A stretch of 23,309 bases of DNA. Source: an uncultured Chloroflexia bacterium. GTDB taxonomy: Bacteria; Chloroflexota; Limnocylindria; Limnocylindrales; CSP1-4. Numbering within the stretch: the stretch's first letter is position 1; the number at the start of each line of letters is the position of its first letter. The stretch lies in NCBI GenBank assembly GCA_963752475.1, contig CAVVYR010000018.1, forward strand, positions 1 through 23,309. The letters run 5' to 3'. Positions 18,869 to 23,309 of the stretch are shown piece by piece. A model generated the notes under the pieces. The model had not been told where the DNA came from. It saw nothing but the letters and a program-made list of their open reading frames with translations, and did no database searches. The position numbers and the translations under genes are program-made.

Positions 18869-18895
18869 TGACACATCCAATTCCCGGATGTGTCA
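18869..18895. promoter_or_regulatory. Perfect 10-bp inverted repeat just upstream of the RBS; operator or RNA hairpin
   Basis: TGACACATCC-aattccc-GGATGTGTCA, 30 nt upstream of ATG 18838. Confidence 0.55.
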
Positions 18896-18960
18896 GTGCG
18901 GCCGGTCGTCGCGTTGCCCGTACGCACGACCTGTCACGAGGGGCCGGATGATGTCGCGTG

Positions 18961-18997
18961 GACGGGAAGCGCCACGTTCGTCCCGGCGCTTCCCGTC
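18961..18997 (-). terminator. Strong hairpin, probable terminator of the beta-helix gene
   Basis: GACGGGAAGCGCC-N11-GGCGCTTCCCGTC is a 13-bp perfect stem 15 nt after the stop at 19013. No U-tract. Confidence 0.6.
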
Positions 18998-19012
18998 GCG
19001 ATCTCGATCTCC

Positions 19013-21423
19013 CTAGTTGACAAGTCTCGGCGGAGTGGACTCGTCATCCGAGGTCGAAATCGGTTCCCTGCTCGGGCCGGCAGACGCACCTGCGTCCTCG
19101 AGGTTCGCCTCACGGTCCAGGGGGCCATGGTTCTCGGTGTACCAAGAGCCATCCCGATTGCCTCGTAGGTCGTTCCTGCGGAAGTCACCGCCACCTTCGC
19201 TGGTCACTGCGATGCCGATGGCCCCACCCCTGATGTGGTTGCCGCTGAAGCTCGGGTTCGTGCCCTTGTCAGAGATCCAGACGCCGGCTCGGCCACTACC
19301 CTCCACGGTGTTTCCCTCGAAGCGACCCGCGGCGCCCTGGTCGAGGATGACGCCCTCGCGTTGGGAGGCCTCGATGATGTTGTCTGTCACTCTCGGAGTC
19401 GCGCCAGCTCCACGCACACCGCAGCCGACACCATTCCCCTTGAGCTTGTTGCCCTGGACCATCGGGCTGGAGGTGCCACCGACGCCGATGCCGACGCCGT
19501 TGTCAGCGATCGTGTTGTTGCTGGCCCGGCCACCTGAGTCCTCGAAGAAGACCCCAGCAGCGCCGTTGCCCTCGATGACGCAGCCCTGGACTCGGCTGGC
19601 GGGCACGGCCTCACCGAGCAAGACACCGCAGCCGGCGTTGCCAGAGGAGGTACACCGCTCCACCACGAGGGTTGCGCCACCCATGGCGGCGATGCCGTGG
19701 TCGTAGTTGTCTCGCACTTGCGTCTCGCGCAGCACGAGCGAAGCATGGGGACCGCCGACGATGACGGGCCAGCGGTGCCCCGTGACGCGACAATCGGTCA
19801 TCTCCGCGCGGCCTTCCTCGGTCACCCAGAGCGCGTTCTGCGCGCCGTCGTGGATGACGCAGACGTCGATCAGCGTACGTGACGACGGTCCACCACTCCA
19901 GACCGTGGCGCCCAGGTGGCTCGAGAGATCGCAGTCGATGACGGAGACCTGCACGTTGTGCACTGCGATCGCGGAGTGATCCGCACCATCGTTGCCCGCG
20001 AGCGCCGGCCGGATGGTCAGGCCTGAAACGCTTGCGCCCGAGGCCGCGAAGCCCATGGCTTCGCCGCCCACCGGCTCGAGCAGGATCTCCTCGCGTGGCC
20101 CCTCGCCGCGGATACTCACGGCACGATCGACGACCACGGGCTTGTGGTACGTCCCGGGGCGCACCACGATGGTGTCGCCGTCCTCCGCCGCCTCGATGGC
20201 AGCGTCGATCTCGGCGAACGCCGAGCTACTGGACGGATCGACGATCAGCACGGCCGGGACATGGCCGGCGAACGGCGCTGCCGGGCGCGGTCGCTTGGCC
20301 CGCGAGGCAGGCCCGAAGGAGCGCTCCTCGTAGGCCACGAAGGGCTGCTCGTCGTCCTCCTGCGGGGGCAGCTCGGCGAACTCGTCCTCCGGGTAGGAGC
20401 TGGTGGCAGCCGTCATCAGCCAGGGCAATCGCTCACCGGCCGCCTTGGCGCGGATGGCGCCTGAACCGAGGAAGTTGCGCAGCCAGAGCACGGCACCTTC
20501 ATCGCTCAACTCCCCGATCGTGGCCGCTGGCACGAACGCCGTATGGGCGAGCAAACGCCCCTCCAACCGCCAAGCCCGAAGGCATGCGGGCGGTCCTCAC
20601 CACGCCAGTCCGCGGTCTCGGCGAGATTGAGCGCGTTGGCGAGCCACGCTCCCTGCCGCAGGCGGAACTCGCCAGGCAGCATCAGTCGGATGCCGATGCC
20701 GGGCCCGAGCACAGGATGCTCGAGTTGGCCTGTCACGAACATCGCCTGCTCATCGCCGTTGAGCGCAAGCATGACCTTCATGACCTGGGCGTCGGGATCG
20801 GTCGTGGCCGGATGCCCCTCTGAGGCAAGGACCTGAGCCGCCCGGCGTAGCGCGTCCGACGTGATCGAGCAAGACATCCGATCCCAAGCCGGTGCCGCGT
20901 TCAGCATGTCGTCCGGCTCCTGCGGCCGGCCCGCCGTCGGATGGACTGCGTCGTCGAGCACGTGGCCTTCGGCCAAGCTGGCCCCTTGGTGCCACGCGAA
21001 CGAGGACTGCAGGCCGGTGGCGGCCAGGACGTACTTGTCGATCCAACCCTCGATGACGTCGTAGACGAACGCACCGCAACGCGCTGAAACCGTGCCATCG
21101 TCGGGGTCGTAGACATAGGCCGACAGGCTGGCGAGGCTGTTGAGGTCCGCCAAGAGGGCATACGTCTCGGGCTCGTCCGGCAGGTCGCGGAAGATGGGTG
21201 TACTGGCTCGGACGTGCCAGAGCGTATCGCCATGCGACTCGACCGCCTCGCCCGACCACACGCGCTGTCGGACCCAATCGCCCCACCAGGTGAAGCCACG
21301 CGCCTCGCGGACCGTCCACTGCTCCTCGATCGACATGTGCTGGTAGACGAACTCGACGACGTCGAGGCCGACATCCTGACCCTGCTCGCGCTCCATTCGT
21401 TCCCCCTGAGCTCGCGCGTTCAT
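19013..21423 (-). CDS. Probable single ~803-aa protein with two YbjN/CesT (TY-Chap-like) domains and a right-handed parallel beta-helix; split by a 1-nt frameshift near 20576
   Basis: Adding one G to the GGG run (+ strand CCC 20575-20577) joins the two ORFs as HAFGAWRLEGRLLAHTAFVP, giving 2412 nt in frame. The C-terminal half has IDAAIEAAEDGDTIVVRPGTY and many PbH1-like repeats. The N-terminal VRASTPIF..LADLNSLASLSAYVYD and LANALNLAE patterns are YbjN-like (less certain). Alternative start ATG 21396 has its own GGGGG RBS. Confidence 0.7.
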
Positions 21424-21434
21424 GCCTTCGTTCT

Positions 21435-21521
21435 CCTATCGCTCCCGGCTGGGGCACCGTGCCGGCAGGGGTCGGTTGCCGCGCCGTCGTCGAGCCGGGT
21501 CTCTTGGGCGCTCGGGATAGG
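21435..21521 (-). promoter_or_regulatory. SAM-I (S-box) riboswitch lacking P4, positioned for translational control
   Basis: RNA: CCUAUC-CCGAG-CGCC-CAA-GAG-ACCCGG-CUC-GACGAC-GGCG-C-GGCAACCG...CGGUGCC-CCA-GCCGGGAGC-GAUAGG-AGAACGAAGGC-AUG. It has P1 AUC/GAU, J1/2 GAG, a kink-turn-like P2, P3 GGCAACC/GGUGCC, and an L2-J3/4 pseudoknot CCCGG/CCGGG. The 3' P1 strand overlaps the AGGAG Shine-Dalgarno of ATG 21423. Confidence 0.87.
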
Positions 21522-21551
21522 TGCGGCCGTCGTGCGGCCGCGGTCCGTGTC

Positions 21552-21586
21552 AGCGTGACACGTTGTCGTGCCAACTGTATGGCGCG
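21552..21586 (-). promoter_or_regulatory. Shared-motif promoter, copy 3 (drives the riboswitch leader)
   Basis: Minus strand reads CGCGCCA-tacagt-TGGCAC-N10-CACGCT. The implied start near 21545 is about 24 nt before riboswitch P1. A second palindrome, CGTGTCA-gcg-TGACACG (21546-21562), overlaps the -10. Confidence 0.55.
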
Positions 21587-21654
21587 CTCTGAGCCTCTCT
21601 TGGGTCGCCACGTTCGCGTCAACCTCGTAGTGGCCGGGGCGTTTCGTACCCATG

Positions 21655-21970
21655 TCAGTGCACTTCCGTGCGAGGTCCGGCAGGAGGGCTGGCCGTCTCG
21701 GCGAGTGCCGCCGTCTGCCGGACCGTCCGGTGATCCAGTCCTGCTGCCGCAAGACCCCGCCACGCCACCGCGCTCGGCATCGTGAGCAGCGCCTGGACCA
21801 GGTGTCGTGGCTGCACCTCGCGGCAGCCATCGATCGATGCCATGTGGCTCGCGATGGCCACGAGCCGGGCGACCAGGCCACGTCGCGGCGATAGGGCACG
21901 TCGTAGCGGTTGGTGCGGACGGTGTCGGGGTCGCGGCCGGCCAGCTCGGCCTCGGTGGCGGACCGATGGG
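21655..21970 (-). pseudogene. Degenerate 3' fragment of a Clp N-terminal (Clp repeat)-like domain gene
   Basis: LSPR..VARLVAIASHMASIDGCREVQPRHLVQALL..AVAWRGLAAAGLDHRTVR resembles a Clp_N repeat. The upstream part reads better in another frame, and there is no credible start. Confidence 0.45.
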
Positions 21971-22147
21971 CATGTGAACGCTGCCGAGGAGCAGGTCGGT
22001 GCCATCTTCGGCAACGAGTGGCGCGCGGCGTGGACATCGAGAGTGTGGTCGCCGGTCTCCGCTCGGGTGGCGCGAGCTCCATCGAGAACGAGGAGTTGGT
22101 GAGTGCTGCCTACAACGGCCGAGAACGTGGGTAGCTCGCAGCGACGG

Positions 22148-23266
22148 CTACGCCAATGCCTCGTGGTGTTCCCGCGCCATAGTCAACAGGCCGTCGGCCA
22201 GACGGATGAGGTCCCCGCGACCTTCGAGCTCATCCCACCATCTCGGACGTTCATCACGTAGGCGGGCGGCACCGACGCGGGCACCGACGAGGTTGCCGGC
22301 CATGCTGGCGATGGTGTCGGTGTCGTGGCCCGCGTTGGCAGCCGTGAGCAACACCTCGACCGGTTCGTCGGGTGAACGCAGGAAGCTGAAGAATGCCGCC
22401 GGCACAGACTCCATGGCGTAGGCGCCGCTCCACAGCCGCTCGGTGAAGACCTCGCGTGGATCGAGCCCGAGCAGCTCCTCGACCTCAAGGATCCGATCGT
22501 GGAGGGTGACCTCCACGGCACGGTCGCTACGTAGTGGCGTGGGTCCCGTCTCGATGCCGGCGACAGCGTCGGCCACGAAGGACAGGATGCGCCCTGGATC
22601 GGACGTGCGCCCGCCGTCGCGGATGCAGTACGCCACACCGGCAGCGATGGCCACTGCCCCGGCCACACCGACGGGGTGGGCATGCGTCGGCAGCGCGGAG
22701 AGCACCGCCTCGCGTACGAGCGGGCCCGCATCCGGCGCCAATGCCCACGCCAGACCCACCGGCGCGGCACGCATGGCGGCGCCGTTGCCGGCCGAGTCCA
22801 CTCCGGCCCCCGCCTCCCACCAGGGCGCGCCCGCCTCGAGGGCTTTGACGGCTGCCGTAGTCGCGCGACCCTTGCCGCGACCATGGGGCAGCCAGTCGCA
22901 CAGCCGCTCCGAGAAGCGCTCCGGATCGACATGTCCGCCGGACTCGAGGATCGTCTCGGCCACCTCGATGGTCAGCTGGGTGTCGTCCGTCCAGGTCCCG
23001 ATCGGCCCGGACTTCCAGCCATGCCACCGGTGGAGGTTGGTGACCCCATCGGGACCCCACTTCTCGCGGATCCGCTCCCATGAGCGAGCTTCGGTAGGCC
23101 GGCCGAGGGCGTCCCCGACCGCACCCCACAGCAGCGAGCCGCGGAACCGGTCCGTCAACGCTTCGGGCTCGAGGGTCGTGTCGTCGTCAGGCCAGCCGGG
23201 ACTGGCGGTCGAGAAGCGACGGAAGAGCTCCTCTGCCTCCTCCGGCACCAGACGTGTGTCCGTCAT
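22148..23266 (-). CDS. ADP-ribosylglycohydrolase (DraG/ARH family)
   Basis: GAVGDALG, WTDDTQ, GNGAAMR, PTH and GHDTDTIASMAG metal-binding motifs. GGGGAG RBS before ATG 23266. Confidence 0.95.
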   Translation of the reverse strand: MTDTRLVPEEAEELFRRFSTASPGWPDDDTTLEPEALTDRFRGSLLWGAVGDALGRPTEARSWERIREKWGPDGVTNLHRWHGWKSGPIGTWTDDTQLTIEVAETILESGGHVDPERFSERLCDWLPHGRGKGRATTAAVKALEAGAPWWEAGAGVDSAGNGAAMRAAPVGLAWALAPDAGPLVREAVLSALPTHAHPVGVAGAVAIAAGVAYCIRDGGRTSDPGRILSFVADAVAGIETGPTPLRSDRAVEVTLHDRILEVEELLGLDPREVFTERLWSGAYAMESVPAAFFSFLRSPDEPVEVLLTAANAGHDTDTIASMAGNLVGARVGAARLRDERPRWWDELEGRGDLIRLADGLLTMAREHHEALA

Positions 23267-23309
23267 GGTCTCCCCCTATCGTGTCCGGCGCGCCTTGCCC
23301 TCGACATCG

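Noticed and set aside
19013-20566. Independent beta-helix gene starting at TTG 20566
   Set aside because: It has no RBS and overlaps the upstream ORF's unnatural tail. One added G restores a continuous domain across the junction.
20570-20582. Programmed ribosomal frameshift
   Set aside because: No X-XXY-YYZ slippery heptamer was seen, and several other indels nearby point to error or decay.
21435-21521. c-di-AMP (ydaO) or SAM-IV riboswitch identity
   Set aside because: It lacks the ydaO conserved motifs. It has the SAM-I AUC/GAU P1 and kink-turn-like P2, and there is no room for the 3' P5 hairpin of SAM-IV or SAM-I/IV before the start codon.

Overview
High-GC (roughly 68-70%) bacterial window that looks like a defence/conflict-rich accessory region; a Chloroflexota- or Actinomycetota-like source is inferred from composition only. 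On the + strand (1-2.9 kb) are a PIN toxin, an RHH/UPF0175-like antitoxin fused to a UDG-like domain, and an AAA ATPase-DUF234 nuclease behind an AT-rich promoter with two palindromes. The - strand (3-23.3 kb, listed left to right) carries a hypothetical protein, a dienelactone hydrolase, a UvrD helicase-PD-(D/E)XK Fe-S nuclease fusion, an ARPP-1-like protein, and a two-gene operon (1886-aa sacsin-like GHKL ATPase-DUF3883 nuclease plus EndoNucS-like/DUF4268 nuclease). Further right are a triple-frameshifted ~530-aa gene, a frameshifted ~803-aa YbjN/TY-Chap-like + beta-helix gene, a Clp-N-like fragment and an ADP-ribosylglycohydrolase. Two non-coding signals stand out. (1) A clear SAM-I-type riboswitch (21435-21521, -) whose P1 overlaps the ribosome-binding site of the chaperone-like/beta-helix gene, which is not a sulfur-metabolism gene. 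(2) A shared promoter motif, GYGCCA-N6/7-TGGCRC-N10-(-10 box), in front of three separate units (ARPP-1, the nuclease operon, and the riboswitch leader), suggesting an undescribed regulon. No tRNA, rRNA, CRISPR array, integrase or transposase was seen. All domain calls are by eye from motifs, not from database searches.
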